Assembly (NCBI RefSeq): GCF_009914755.1
Contig: NC_060927.1
Source: the human T2T-CHM13v2.0 reference genome, Homo sapiens
Reading direction: 5' to 3' (one strand)
DNA: 64,000 nucleotides
Position numbers and translations under genes: made by a program. The notes under the pieces are model-generated. The model was given only the letters and a program-made list of their open reading frames with translations. It was not told the DNA's origin and did not search any database. Shown one piece after another: positions 27,475-40,824 of this stretch (its first letter is position 1; every line of letters starts with the position of its first letter).

Positions 27475-30400
27475 TGTGTTAGCTCTGTTTTGCATTGCTA
27501 TGAAGGAATACTTGAGACTGAATAATTTATAAAGATAAGAGGTTCAATTGTCTCACTGTTCTGCAGGCTATAGAGGAGGCATGGCATCAGTGTCTGCTTG
27601 GTTTCTGTTAGGGTGTCAGGGAATTTTTACTCATGATAGAAGGTGAAGCAGGAGCAGCCATGTCACATAGCAAGAGAGGGAGCAAGAGATGAGGAGGGAG
27701 GTCCCAGGCTCTTTGAACAACCAGCTCTCATGTGAAACAACAGAGCAAGAACTTACTCATTACCATGAGGCAGGCACCAAGCTGTTCTTGAGGGATCTGC
27801 TTCTTGACCAAAACACCCCACACTAGGTCCAGTTCCAACATCGGAGGTCATGTTTCAACGTAAGATTTGGAAAGGTGACAAACATCCAAACCATATCATT
27901 CTTTCCCAGACTCTCCAAATCTCATGTTCTTCTCACATTGCAAAATACAATTATCCCTTCCCAATAGTCCCTTAAAGTTTTCACTCCTTCCAGTATCAAC
28001 TCAAAAATCCAAAGTCCAATTACATCTCTGTGACTCAAGACAAGTTTTTTCAACCTATAAGCCTGGAAAATAAAAATAAAAAAAAAAACAAGTTATTTAC
28101 TTCTAAGATAGAATGGTGGTACAGGCATTGTGTAAATATTGCCATTTAAAAAGCAAGAAATCAACTAAAAGAAAGGGACTACAGGCCCCAAACAAGTCTG
28201 AAACCCAACAGGGAAGACATTAACATTTTAAAGCTCCAAAATCATCTTCCTTGACTCCATATCCTGCATCCAGGGCACACTGGTGAAAAGAGTGGATCCC
28301 CAAAGCCTCTGGTAGCCCCTCCCCATGTCTTTGCAGGGTGCACCCCTATGGTGCTCTCAAGGGTTGGAGTTTAATGCCTGTGGCTTTTTCAGGTGCAGGG
28401 CATAAGCTTCCAGTGGGTCTACTATCCTCAGATCTAGAGAACAGCAGCCCACTTCTCACAGCTCTACTAGGCAGTGCCTTGGGTAGGGCTTTATGTGTGG
28501 GGTCCATCCCCACATTTCCCCTCAGCACTACCCTAGTAGAGTCTCTCTTTGGGCCTCTGCCCTTACACCAAGTTTCTACCTGTGCACCAGGTTTTCCAGT
28601 GCATCCTCTGAAATCTAGGGGGAAGCTGCCAGCCTTTTTAATGTTTGCATTCTGTGTGCCTGCAGAGTTAGCACATGTGGAAGCCACTAAGGCTTACAGC
28701 TTGTGTCCCCTAGTTGTACCTGGAGCTCTTTGAGCAGTGGCTGTAGCTGGAGCAGGTGGGATATGGGGAACACTCATGAGAAGGGGGACACTGCATTCCA
28801 GACTCCAGAATGGTAGATCTTCCAAAGAGTAAAAACATTTCAAAGCAGCAAAGTGTTCAAGAAGTGATATGGCTATTTCTAATAACCTATGCTCAGATGC
28901 AGGAGCAAATAATAAGTTGGAACTTATATTAAAAAGGAAAGTAGAGCATAAATGTTTGGAAAACTTGCAGCCTGGCCATGTGAAAGAAAAGAAAAGCCCA
29001 TTTCCAGAGGAGGAATTCAAGCAGGCTGCAGAAATTTGCATAGCTAAAAAGGAGGCAGGTAACCACAGCCAAGACAATGGGAAAAAGGCCTATTCAGAGA
29101 CCTAAGACACAGCTCTTCCCATTACAGACCCAGAGGCCTAGGAGGGCAGAATTATTTCCTGGGTCAGATGCAGGGCCCAGCTACCTTGTGCAGCCCTGGG
29201 ACCCTGCTCCCTGCAACCTGGCTACTCCAGTTCTAGCTATGGCTCAAAGTGGCTCAGGTACAGCTCAAGCCACTGCTTCAGAGGATACAAGCCCTAAGGC
29301 TTGGTAACTCCATGTGATTTTAAACTTGCAGATATACAGTGTACAAGAGTTGAGGCTTGTGAGCCTCCACCTAGATTTTAGAGGATGTATGAAAAGCCTG
29401 GATGTCCAGGTAGAAGCCAGTTACAGGGGCAGAGCCCTTGAGGAAAACTTCTATTAGGCCAGTGCAGAGGTGATAAATGGAGTTGTAGCTCCCATACAGA
29501 GTCCCTACAGGGGCACTGCCTAGTGAAGCTGTGAGAATAAGGCCACGATTATCTAGATCTCAGAACGGTAGATCCAACAACAGCTTGCACCCTACACTTG
29601 GAAAAGCCATAGGCACTCAATACGAGCATGTGAGAGAAGCCTCAGAGACTGAACGCTGCAAACTCACAGGGATGGATCTGCCCAGGCATTGGGAGCCCAA
29701 CCCTCACACCAGTGTGCCCTGGGTTTGGAACATGGAGTCACATGAGGTTATTTTGGAGCTCTTTTAATAACAGCTCTGCTGGGTTTTGAACTTGCGTAGG
29801 GCCTGTTGCCCCTTTCTTTTGGCTCATTTCTCTCTTTTTTAATGAGAATATTTAGCCAATGGTGGTACCCTCATTGTATGTTGAAAGTAAATAACTTGTT
29901 TTGATTGTATAGGCTCATAGGCAGAAGGAATTCACCTCCAGATGTGATTTGGGATTTGGGACTTTGAGCTAATGCTGAAATGAGTTAAGTCTTCGGGGGA
30001 CTATTGAGAAGGCATGATTGCATCTTGCAATGTGAGAAGGACATGAGATTTTGGGGGCCAGAGGTGGAATGACATGGTTTGGATGTCCCACCCAAATCCC
30101 ATGTTAATTTGTAATCTTCAGTGTTGGAAGTGGGGCATGGTGGGAAGTTATTGGATCATAGGGTGAATTTCTCATGAGTGGTTTAACACCATCCCCTTGG
30201 TGCTGTCCTCACGATAGTGAGTGAATTCTTGCAAGATCTGGTTGTTTACAAGTGTGTGACACCTCATGGGTTCTATCTCTCTTGCTCCTACTCCCACCCT
30301 GTGAGACACCTCCTCACACCTTTGCCTTCTGCTATGAAAGGAAGCCTCCTGAGGCCTCCACAGAAGCAGCAACCACTATGCTTTCTGTACAGCCTGTGAA

Positions 30401-31155
30401 CCACGAGCCAATTACACTTATATTCCTTATAAGTTACTCAGTCTCAGGTGTTTCTTCATAGAAACGAGAAAATGGACTATTACACTTCATCGGCATGAAC
30501 ATCACTGCCCATATTTCTATCAGCATTTTTATCACAACCATCTTACCAGTATCTATGAAGTTCCAAGCTTTCCCTCATCTTCCTGTTTTCTTCTGAGCCC
30601 TCTAAAGTCTTCCAACATCTGCCTGTTACCCAGTTCCAAAACCTCTTCCATATCTTCAGGTACCTTTATAGCAATGCACCACTCCTCTGTACCAATTTTC
30701 TGTGTTAGTCCATTTTTACACTGCTATAAAGAAATACTTGAGACTAGGTAATTTATAAACAAAAGAGGTTTAACTGGCTTGTGGTTCTGCAGGCTGTACA
30801 GGAGGCATAGCGCTGGCATCTGCTTGCCTTCTGCTAAGGCCTCAGGAAGCTTTTACTAGTGGTGGAAGTTAAAGCAGGAGCAGGCATGTCACAAGGCAAA
30901 AGAGGGTTAAGAGATAGGGAGTATGAGGGAGTATGAGGCTGTGAGGGAAGAGGTTCCAGGCTTTTTGAAAAACCAGCTCTCTTGTGAACCAACAGAGCAA
31001 GAACTCATTCATTACCACACGGAGGACATTAAACCATTTATGAGGGAACCCGCCCTCCCACTAGGCCTAAATACCTCCCATTAAGCTTACTTCCAACACT
31101 GGAAGTCACATTTCAATATGAGATCTGGAGAAGGGCAGATATCCAAACCATATCA
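27475..31155 (-). mobile_element. MSTB-like MaLR provirus (LTR 27475-27898, internal 27899-~28800 and 30485-30700, LTR 30701-31155)
   Basis: Two similar LTRs tgtgttag..ccaaaccatatca flanking MaLR internal sequence. Confidence 0.88.
28810..30484 (+). mobile_element. Second MST-type element (internal plus 3' LTR 30070-30484) nested in the opposite orientation
   Basis: Plus-strand internal peptide (EHKCLENLQPGHVKEKKSPFPEEEFKQAAEIC). LTR tgacatggtttgg..ggactattaca. Confidence 0.85.
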
Positions 31156-32224
31156 GAAGGAACTGATGTTCAGTGGGTATAAAGTTTTAGTTACACAAGA
31201 TTAATTTCTTTATTTTAGAGATGTTTTGTACAAAATTGTGCATGTAGTTAACAATACTGTATGGTACACCTAAAAATTCACTAAGAGGGTAGATCTCATG
31301 TTAAGTGTTATTACTATAGAAAAAAATTATTAAATTATTAAAAAATTGTTTACAAACATAGCTGGAGCAAAATTGTGGAGAAAACTGTTTACCCCAATTT
31401 TCTCTACTTCATCTGTATCTTTAACAACACCCTAGCCAGTTTGACGGCCCCAACATCATCGCCATGTCTGAATCTGCTCTGTGAGATAGTGCATCCTACT
31501 TTAGACTCCTCAAATTTAACTTCTTCCAGGCCCTAATTCCTGCTATATGATGAATTAATTAATGAATAATGAGTTTATGTACTTCTCTTTCTGGATCAAA
31601 TAGGCACTTTATCATTATTGTTTAAGAAGTACTTTATTTAAAATAATGCTAGTGATAAGAATTCCAGAATTACAAGTTACTTTTGAGGGTGTGAAGTTTC
31701 TTTTGTCATCTCTAATTTAATAGAGTAATTTGAGCCAGTGAATGCTATGAAACAAGTATTGATAACTCAGAGTAATAATATCAATTTTAATGGTAACTGC
31801 CCGCTGAATGATACACAGATTAAACAAAATATAAGGAAATAGAAATCAATGGATATCGATTAATTGATGTTTATTTTCTGTTTAATCTGCATCTCAGATT
31901 TGATAGAAAGCCCATTAAAGTAATTATATAATTAATGGGATATTTTAATGTAGACAAAACCTTTGGCAAATTGTTTTTTCTTAAAAATTAAAATATTACA
32001 GCCTTAAGATTTGAAATGAGCACTAACGGATATTAGTGAAACTACTTCTACCTAAACAAAATTCTACTTTATATTGTGTGATTGAAAGTATTTATTTAGA
32101 TAACCTTTGGTTAAATGTAACAGATAATGGACTAAATTGTTAGGTATTAATTTAATATATAAGTTAAAATTTATCTCATTGATTCATTTAACCTTTTATT
32201 CTACTTTTGCCCTTCAGCATAAAA

Positions 32225-33300
32225 TGAGAAATCTTCTTCTTCTTTCACATGACAGCCCTTCAAAGCCATCTACACTTTGATGTTGGGATCAATGATTCTT
32301 AGACAACTTGAACAGAAATACTGCATGTGTTGTCAAATAATTAAAGAAGTGGTTATTGTTGCATTGAATAGCAATGAACTTAAGCAGTAGGAAAATATTA
32401 AGACTGATGATGTCCCTATCTCACCCTCCAGGTCTTCTTTTCTCTTTGCTAAAGATATCTAATTCCAACAATCTTTATTTGTATGACAGAGTTTATAATT
32501 TTTTCACCATTCTACACCACCTGTTTTATTTCAGCATTTAGTACAATATTTTAGCAAACTCATTAAATTGTGCTATGCACACACACAATTATGGTAAGTC
32601 TCATACAAAGAGAATGATTCAGATTGTCTATTTTGAGGTCATATGAATATATTTGTCTTATGGTGAGATAATAATTAAGATAACTTTTTTACATGAACTA
32701 TTTTCCAACATGGCTAAGGAATTGTAAAATTAATCAACTCATTATTTCATACTAGATGAAAGGTATTATATTTAAGTTTATATTCATAATTTTATTACTC
32801 ATTTCATATTAGTTTTCTATTTAATAAAGATATTGGCTGTATTAATTCTTTCATTCCATTTGTTGGCTAATTCCAATATAGCATCTTCCAATTAGATTGA
32901 CCTTACTTGAATAATCAACTTTTAAAAATGTAGTTACATAGAGAGTTCTAATTGCACCTATTTATTGTCAAATTTCTATTACCTAATTATTTTCACAAAG
33001 ATAACATGCGAAATTGTGTCCAATGACCTACTGAACTCAAGATAACAACAAAACTATTATTTTTCCAGAAATCTGAAAGAAATTTTTGAGACCATAAAAC
33101 TAATCGTCCCTAAGGTGGAGAGAATTACAGCAATGAAAAGATTTTAGGGTTTCAGGGGGGTGGGGAAAAGACAAAAGGAGACATTATGTTAGATAAACTG
33201 ATTTCTTCAAATTTTTTTCCAGACCTGACTGTAATTTAATGTGCTCTTGTTCTACTATGGTTCTTGATACTTTGCATGATTAACCTTACTTGATCCACTG
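32225..33300. mobile_element. L3/CR1 LINE relic (fragmented)
   Basis: ttcacatgacagcccttcaaa..atgatgtccct..gtcttcttttctctttgctaaa, typical of CR1/L3. Confidence 0.5.
32270..32395 (+). mobile_element. Mariner-like (MARNA-like) relic, copy B, inserted in L3
   Basis: Homologous to 24590-24715. Interrupts the L3 motif cccttcaaa|tatt-aagac. Confidence 0.5.
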
Positions 33301-33655
33301 TTTGACTCCTCAACCCCCAAATTATCCATTTTGTTTTCTTCCTACTTTTGGCTCTTTGATCATGCCCAAAAATTTAGTTTCATGATTTGTTTTTCATGAT
33401 ATTCTTATAGTAAAACTCTATCTTTTGGAGTGACTCCAGCCACAAAATTAGGTCTCCTTTCTTGATTCTCCTAATCTCTTCCTATGCTTGTTCTTGAGGA
33501 AATCTAACCCTAGGTAGTTGTAACTACATATGGTGCATTGGAATTCTTATTTTGATATATTTTGAAGGTAGTTTTAAAATACTAAATCAAATACATATCA
33601 ACAGGTACAATATCAGAATTTTTGATATTTCAGGCAGTGATTAGTAAAGGTATCT

Positions 33656-34165
33656 TTTTTATTATTTTTCCATAGGTTATTGGGGTACAGGTGGTGTTGG
33701 TTACATGTGTAAATTCTTTAGTGGTAATTTGTGAGATTTTGGTGCACCCATCACCCGAGCAGTACACACTGCACTGCACCCTATTCGTAGTCTTTTATCC
33801 CTTGCCCCCTCCCACCCTTCCCCTCAAGTCCCCAAAGTCCATTGTATCATTCTTATGCCTTTGCGTCCTCAGAGCTTAGCTCCCACCTATCAGTGAGAAC
33901 ATACGATGTTTGGTTTTCCACTCCTGAGTTACTTCACTTAGAATAATAGTCTCCAGTCTCATCCAGGTTGCTGCAAATGCTGTTAATTCATTCCTTTTTA
34001 TGGCTGAGAAGTAGTCCATCATATGTATATACCACAGTTTCTTTATCCACTCGTTGATTGATGGGCATTTGTGTTGGTTCCATGATTTTGCAATTGGACA
34101 TTATGCTGCTATAAACATGTGTGTCCAAGTATCTTTTACATATAATGACTTCTTTTATCTACCCG
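33656..34165 (-). mobile_element. L1PB1-like 3' end
   Basis: tagtggtaatttgtgagattttggtgcacccatcacccgagcagtacacactgcac. Confidence 0.88.
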
Positions 34166-34620
34166 GAGTATAGATATCTTTTAGCTGGAGTGATTATCCA
34201 AGTTAATGTGACTCCATACCTCTGTCATCATTGCTTAATAAATTCTAGCCTCTTTCCTAGTCACTCCTGGCACAAACACCTATTTAGCTTCAGTATTATT
34301 TAAGAATTTTGAGACTGTTTGACTTAAGAAAATGCAGGGTGCTAATATCTGTAGTCTGTAAATTTTTGGGAGACAATAACTTCTATCTGATCTATTTCCA
34401 ATCATTTCAACAAATGAAAACCATAATATAAAAGTTATTTAGTTGACGATCTTTTCTAAATTAGGGTATTGAAAATTATATATTATCGAGCCAATGAGAC
34501 TATCACTACAAGCATTTGCAAGAACTTAGATAAGAAAACTGGGATGAAATTGTTTTGGAACACTTATTTAAAACAATATTTCTCAAATTTTAGAATTACC
34601 CAGAATGCATGTTTAAAATA

Positions 34621-35497
34621 TAAAGAACTCAAACAAATTTACAAGAAAAAAACAACCCCATCAACAAGTGGGCGAAGGATATGAACAGACACTTCTAAAA
34701 AGGAGACATTTATGCAGCCAACAGACACATGAAAAAATGCTCATCATCACTGGCCATAAGAGAAATGCAAATCAAAACCACAATGAGATCCCATCTCACA
34801 CCAGTTAGAATGGCAGTCATTAAAAAGTCAGGAAACAACAGGTGCTGGAGAGGATGTGGAGAAATAGGAACACTTTTACACTGTTGGTGGGACTGTAGAC
34901 TAGTTCAACCATTGTGGAAGACAGTGTGGCAATTCCTCAAGGATCTAGAGCTAGAAATACCATTGGACCCAGCCATCCCATTACTGGGTATATACCCAAA
35001 GGATTATAAATCATGCTGCTATAAAGACACATGCACATGTATGTTTACTGTGGCACTATTCACAATAGCAAAGACTTGGAACCAACCCAAATGTCCATCA
35101 ATGATAGACTGGATGAAGAAAATGTGGCACATATACACCTTGGAATACTATGCAGCCATAAAAAAGGATGAGTTCTTGTCCTTTGTAGGGACATGGATGA
35201 AGCTGGAAACCATCATTCTGAGCAAACTGTCGCACGGACAGAAAACCAAACACTGCATGTTCTCACTCGTAGGTGGGAACTGAACCATGAGAACCCTTGG
35301 ACACAGGAATGGGAACATCACACACCAGGGCCTGTCATGGGGTTGGGGGGAGCAGGGAGGGATAGCATTAGGAGATATACCTAATGTAAATGACAAGTTA
35401 ATGGGTGCAGCACACCAACATGGCACATGTATACATGTGTAACAAACCTGCCCATTGTGCACATGTGCTCTAGAACTTAGAGTTTAATTTAAAAAAG
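34621..35497 (+). mobile_element. 5'-truncated L1PA (PA4-6-like) carrying the ORF2 C-terminus
   Basis: ORF 34729-35283 is the L1 ORF2p cysteine-rich C-terminus ([19 protein letters not shown]). Followed by 3' UTR and A tail. Confidence 0.95.
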
Positions 35498-37219
35498 TTT
35501 TTTTTTAAAAAGAAATGCTATGGCAGCCACAAAACGGAGATGTGGCAGAACAGTGAGCTGATGTGGAGCTATTGCAAACCAAGCGAATAAAAGAAATAAC
35601 CTGTGAATTCTAGCCTCTAGCTGTGGAATTTTGACCTAAATAGTACTGAGGAAGAAGATAGCCAAGCATGGTGTACTATGCAGTGCTTGGAACCTGGAGG
35701 TAAGGCTCCATGTGAGCAGGTGGATTCAGTTTACTGATAATCAGACGGGATGCGTCATATCCAGGAAATGACCCACAATCCAAAAACAACAGGATTTCCA
35801 GATAGATGATCCATTTGGAATGCTATAAATGAAATGCTGCCTCACACTACATGAAAACATGTGAAAAAAAGAAACAAATGGATAAAAGAAGTCAATAAAA
35901 AAATAGAACTATGAAAGAATTATAAGGAGAGGCTAATACTTTTTATCTTACACAGACTTCTATATTACTGGATTACTTTCTAATAGTAAGCATATATCAG
36001 ATTTAATTAAAAGTTCAAATAATTTAAAAATAAAATTGTGTGAAAAATCAAAATAAATAAATAAATAAATTGGTCCCTCAAATGAAAATTATTAAAAGAT
36101 AATCTCAATGAATAAGACTCATTAATCAGATTTAATAGTTTCCAAGTGATAACTGATTGCTGTTTATCCAAATTTGTGTTCCTGTGATTCAGTATTATTA
36201 TACATAAGAAGATGAACATGTATAAAGAAATTAGAGTTGAATAAAGATCATTCAATTTATAAAGAACTAGAGGGAAAAAAGTCTATAAAAGAAGACAAGT
36301 ATATTGGTAGAGAGTTTTAGTCTCAATTTTAAAAATTAGGTAAGTATATACTCTGCGGTCCCAAATAAATACTTTGGACACAGACTGAAATTAAGGCATA
36401 AAAGTTGGTTACTTTAGTTGATTAAGGGATAAAAAAGCTGAATGTGAAGGGATATGTAAAAAATATATTTATATGAGATATTTTGATTATTTTGTTAAAT
36501 AGAAAGTGTAACTCCTAAACAATACAACATTGTCATTTTAGAGAAAGGAATAACCATGAATTGAAATGAGAAGCCTTTAGAGTTAGAATCTTGAGAATGT
36601 ATCTTGTTCAACATTATGTTTTGTGTTGGAATAGCCATTTCATTATATTGCTGAAATTTTTCAAGGATCTTCTGAATACTTTCCATAAAAAGGATATAAC
36701 GATCTTTTAAAGAAAATTGGAAAAGGGGTAAATTGGCTTTTAGAAAGTTAATATTACATTTATTCTATGTCCTTTTATATTTCACTTTAATAATTTTTGT
36801 TACATTAGTAGTATTCTGCACAATGCTTTAAAAAATTGTCTTCCTATATATTTCCTTTGAAGAAAGTTTTGTACAAGAAAAATTTATATATAATGCCAAT
36901 CTTAGCTCTTTTCACCTTAGATTTTTCTCATTATTATAACATTTTCCATATTGTTTATATCAATTACACCCTATCTATTCATTCTGTAACGCATTAACAA
37001 TATTTTCTTGACTTATATGGTCCAAGTGGAGGTTTTTTATTGTTAAATATTATTTTTAATTGTCAATATATTTTGTACTTAGCTGGCAATTCTAATTTAT
37101 ATGTTACTTGTTTTATTTCATTACATTGTTATATTTATATTATCTTCACATTTATATTATTTTGTTATAATTTAATTATACTTCTAAAAGTGTATTATAT
37201 TTACTTCATAACATTTTTA

Positions 37220-37720
37220 TAATAAAAACTCTCACAAATATAGCAAACTCAAAAGAATTTTGAAGTGAACATCTATATACCCACCATCTACATTCTATCA
37301 TTAATATGCCCGTCTATCAGTTCATCTTATTTTTGGATGCATTTTAAGATAAACTGCAGACATCAGCAAATTTTCCTCTAAATACTAAAGCATTCGTGTT
37401 ATTAATTAGAACTCAACATTTCCTTTTCTTCTTTTCAAATAATATAGAATCCATAAATATTAAGTGCATATTATCTAACTTTTGGCAAATGATTTTACCT
37501 GTATAACCAAATCCTCTATTCATATATAAAATATTACCATTATCTGATAAAGCAAATTTATATTCCTTTCTAATCAATCCCAGTTCCAACCTTCCAGTGG
37601 CAGCCACTGTTCTGATATTTTTACCCATTCTAAAACTTTATATTCATGAAATAATACAATATGTATCCTTTTGAATAAGGCTTTTTATCCATGTCATCGT
37701 TTGTTGCATTTTAATTACAC
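37220..37720 (-). mobile_element. Old L1ME/MC 3' fragment
   Basis: agtgaacatctatatacccaccatcta; ggcagccactgttctgatatttttacc. Confidence 0.55.
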
Positions 37721-39824
37721 TCTATGACTTTCACTATGATAATAAATACATAGAAATTTCATTGAAATTCATTATATTCCATTACCAAGACACTGCATAT
37801 TAAAAAAAAAATGTTTAAAACTGTTTCAAAACAAGATATGCTAAATTATGCTGGTTACAAAAATAATTTGGGGAATAATATTATTTCATTAAAAAATATG
37901 TACATTTTTCACAATTTGAATTTAAACTCATGTGTTGATGAAATTTAATTTTCCAAAGTTTTTTTTATTGTGCAGAATCTTATCAATAATATATTGTAAA
38001 ATCAATCTTACTTTTTCTCCAAAGCTAAAAGCTTTTAATAATAATGGCAGTATTAAGGTTTATGAGTATTTTGAGAGTTAATTGAAATATCATGAAATAG
38101 ATTTTTCATTAGCATAAATGTGGTTATAGAAGAGATTGTAAAGTTCCATTGATTGTCTTAATGACATTTTAGAGAGTTTCAACACATTAACTATATAAAA
38201 TAGTGGTAGCATAATAAATATTTTTTAAAATATATTATTTGATAAGAATTATGAGCATTGCAGGATATTTTAAGATAAAACTATGGTATGAAGGGTTATA
38301 GACAGATAACGCTAATCACGCGTACTGTAGATATATAAAATAAGCTTTGTTGGGGAAAAACATACATGAAATTTATGTAGAAGAATATCACATTCTCAAA
38401 AAGTTATTCCTGAGCTCAAAGCTAGGCTAATATAGATGAACGGCTCCCACTATGGCCAACTTCTCGGTAGAGAAGTTCCCACTCCATTATACATGATTTG
38501 TATAATATATAATGATTTAGATCAAAAGGTAGGGACAGTTATGCAAACATGTAAAAATAGTTCTCTGGCTTAAAAAGGTGGACTGATAGAAGGTGGCAAG
38601 TCCCATGATCAGTGGCTGATATCATTCTGTTCTTCCATGGGGCCAGCTCTGACCTGCTAGTCAGCTCTTTACTAGTCTACCAAAAGAGGAGACAAAATGA
38701 GCCTCCAGGACAATCCAGAACCCTCTCTCTTTAGTGTGAACGTCAGTTTTTACAGGATTATTACATGTCTCCCCTTCGATTCTGTGTCATTTCAGGCCAT
38801 AGAGGTATTTGAAATATTTCCTGGAATGTGAGAATCAATAAGATCTCATGCAGGTGGATCAGATGAGAAGGGACATAGACAACATTGCAAAAAAGTAATT
38901 TGATGAGCTTCCACCTGAGAAAACCATAGAAAGTTGATTGAAGCTTCTTGTTCCCATCGCTAAGAAAACAAGAGAACTATTGCCTACCTTCCTCTGCTTT
39001 CCTAATTTGTTTTTCAGGATTGGATGTCATGCCCTCTCATGCATGAGCAAGACTGCCCCTTTTCCTTTTCTGGAGTAATGAGTTCCATGTAAATCGAATT
39101 ATTATCATTTTTTCACCATGCATAACATCTAAAGGCAGAGTATGGTGGCTGTAGAATCACCTAAGGCAAAGTTTATATTTTTGTTGATGTTTATCCTAGT
39201 GTCCACCATCTGAGCAATATTAGCTACCTATCTACTGAAGTTAAAACAGAGGCACTAAAAAGTTTCTTTAGTACTTTCTATTTGCTTTCACAATATCTGT
39301 TTCCTTCCACTCTTGGGTGCATAAAAAATTAGCTAAGCATGTATGTTCATAGGTATCTTTAAATAGCTAACTAAAATGTGACAAGTGGTCCTACAGAGGT
39401 GAATATTGGGAAGGTTGGCAGAGTTGGCAATTACATAAGTCAGAAAAAAATTATGTTAGTCATTTCAGTCCTTTTGGTGGTTCCATTATCATGACGGGTT
39501 ACAACATGGCTTTAATAATCTATGGAGGACATGATGGGTAACATGCTTTACTGGCTTTCTAAGTCTAATATTTTTTCTTTAGCCATATTACTTCATATAG
39601 GCATTTGCAAGTACAATATGAAGACCAAATTCATGAATATATTCTTCCATGTGCATCCAAAGGAAAGAAACCAAGTACTGTGCCATATCAGCTTGGGTAG
39701 ACCAATAATCTTATGCAGACAAGTGATTAGTAAAGGTATCCCCCAACACCTCCAGAAACAAAACTGAAAAAGTAGTAAATGATATATATTTTTTTAGTCA
39801 CTTTCAAGGAGGTATGCTCTATAG

Positions 39825-40154
39825 CAGCAGTCCCCAACCTTATTGGCACCAGAGACAGGTTTTGTGGAAGAAAATTTTTCCACGGACAGGGTGGGGCAGG
39901 GTTTTGGGATGAACTGTTAAACCTCAGATTATCACACATTAGTTAGATTCTCATAAGGACTGTACAACCTAGATCCCTCAAGTGCACAGTTCCCAATAGG
40001 GTTTGTGCTCCTATGAGGATCTAGTGCTGCCACTGAATTGACAGAAGGCAGAGCTCAGGTGGTAATGCTCATTCTCAGGCTACTCACCTCCTGTTGTGTT
40101 CCTAACAGGCCAAAGGCCAGTATTGTTCAGTGGCCCGGAGGTTAGGGACCCCTG
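39825..40154 (+). mobile_element. MER1B hAT-Charlie MITE
   Basis: TIRs cagcagtccccaacc..ggttagggacccctg. Perfect 8-bp TSD ctctatag at 39817-39824 and 40155-40162. Confidence 0.93.
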
Positions 40155-40162
40155 CTCTATAG

Positions 40163-40381
40163 CCGTGGTTCTCAACTGGGAGTTATTTTGCCTGTAAGGG
40201 ATAGGTGGCAATGTCTGGAAACATTGTTGATAGTCACAATTGGCAATGAAAAGGGATGTTATTGGCACCTCATAAGTAGAGGCCAGGGATGGTACTAAAC
40301 ATTCTACAATGCCCATAATAGTCCCCCAATGAAACAATTATTTGTTCCAAAATATCAACGGTGCTGACTCAAGAAATCTTA
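40163..40381 (+). mobile_element. MER20 hAT-Charlie MITE
   Basis: gtggttctcaactggg..ggcaatgtctggaaaca..gtagaggccagggatg..aaatatcaacggtgctga. Confidence 0.88.
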
Positions 40382-40824
40382 CACTGTAATTATGAATACT
40401 ATAAGAAAAAATACACTTAATAGATTGAGACAGCAGCAATTTATCATCATTATGATGGATAGCTATAATATTCTCTTTGCTTTATCACAGTCCAGAGGTG
40501 GGCTGTTTAAAGTCAAGTACGCTATCAATTTAAGTGTCAAGTATTATAAGCAATGCCTTATTAAGTCTTTTTTAAATATTATTATTACTATAGAAAAGCC
40601 TTTCTTGTGTCTAACTGGAAGCAGTTACTGGTTTACGGTCTTGGGTGCATGTTCATCTTTAATTGGAGCTATTATTTCAATTTAACAATAGAACTATCTG
40701 AATCTTGTCCACTTAGTTTTGCAAGGACCTACTGCAGAATGAGAATGATTGAGTCATGACTTTTCTTTCAATAAGTTGATTTCTCTTCTATTATGGTGCA
40801 GTAACAGGACAGCTGTAACTGCTC

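Noticed and set aside
28338-29767. Multiple ORFs of 76-131 aa
   Set aside because: Fragments of decayed MaLR internal sequence on both strands
32283-32418. C/D-box snoRNA-like layout (gggatca-atgatt..ctga-tgatgtccc)
   Set aside because: Box C is imperfect, the 3' part belongs to the flanking L3 relic, and copy A lacks it. A mariner relic explains the sequence better.
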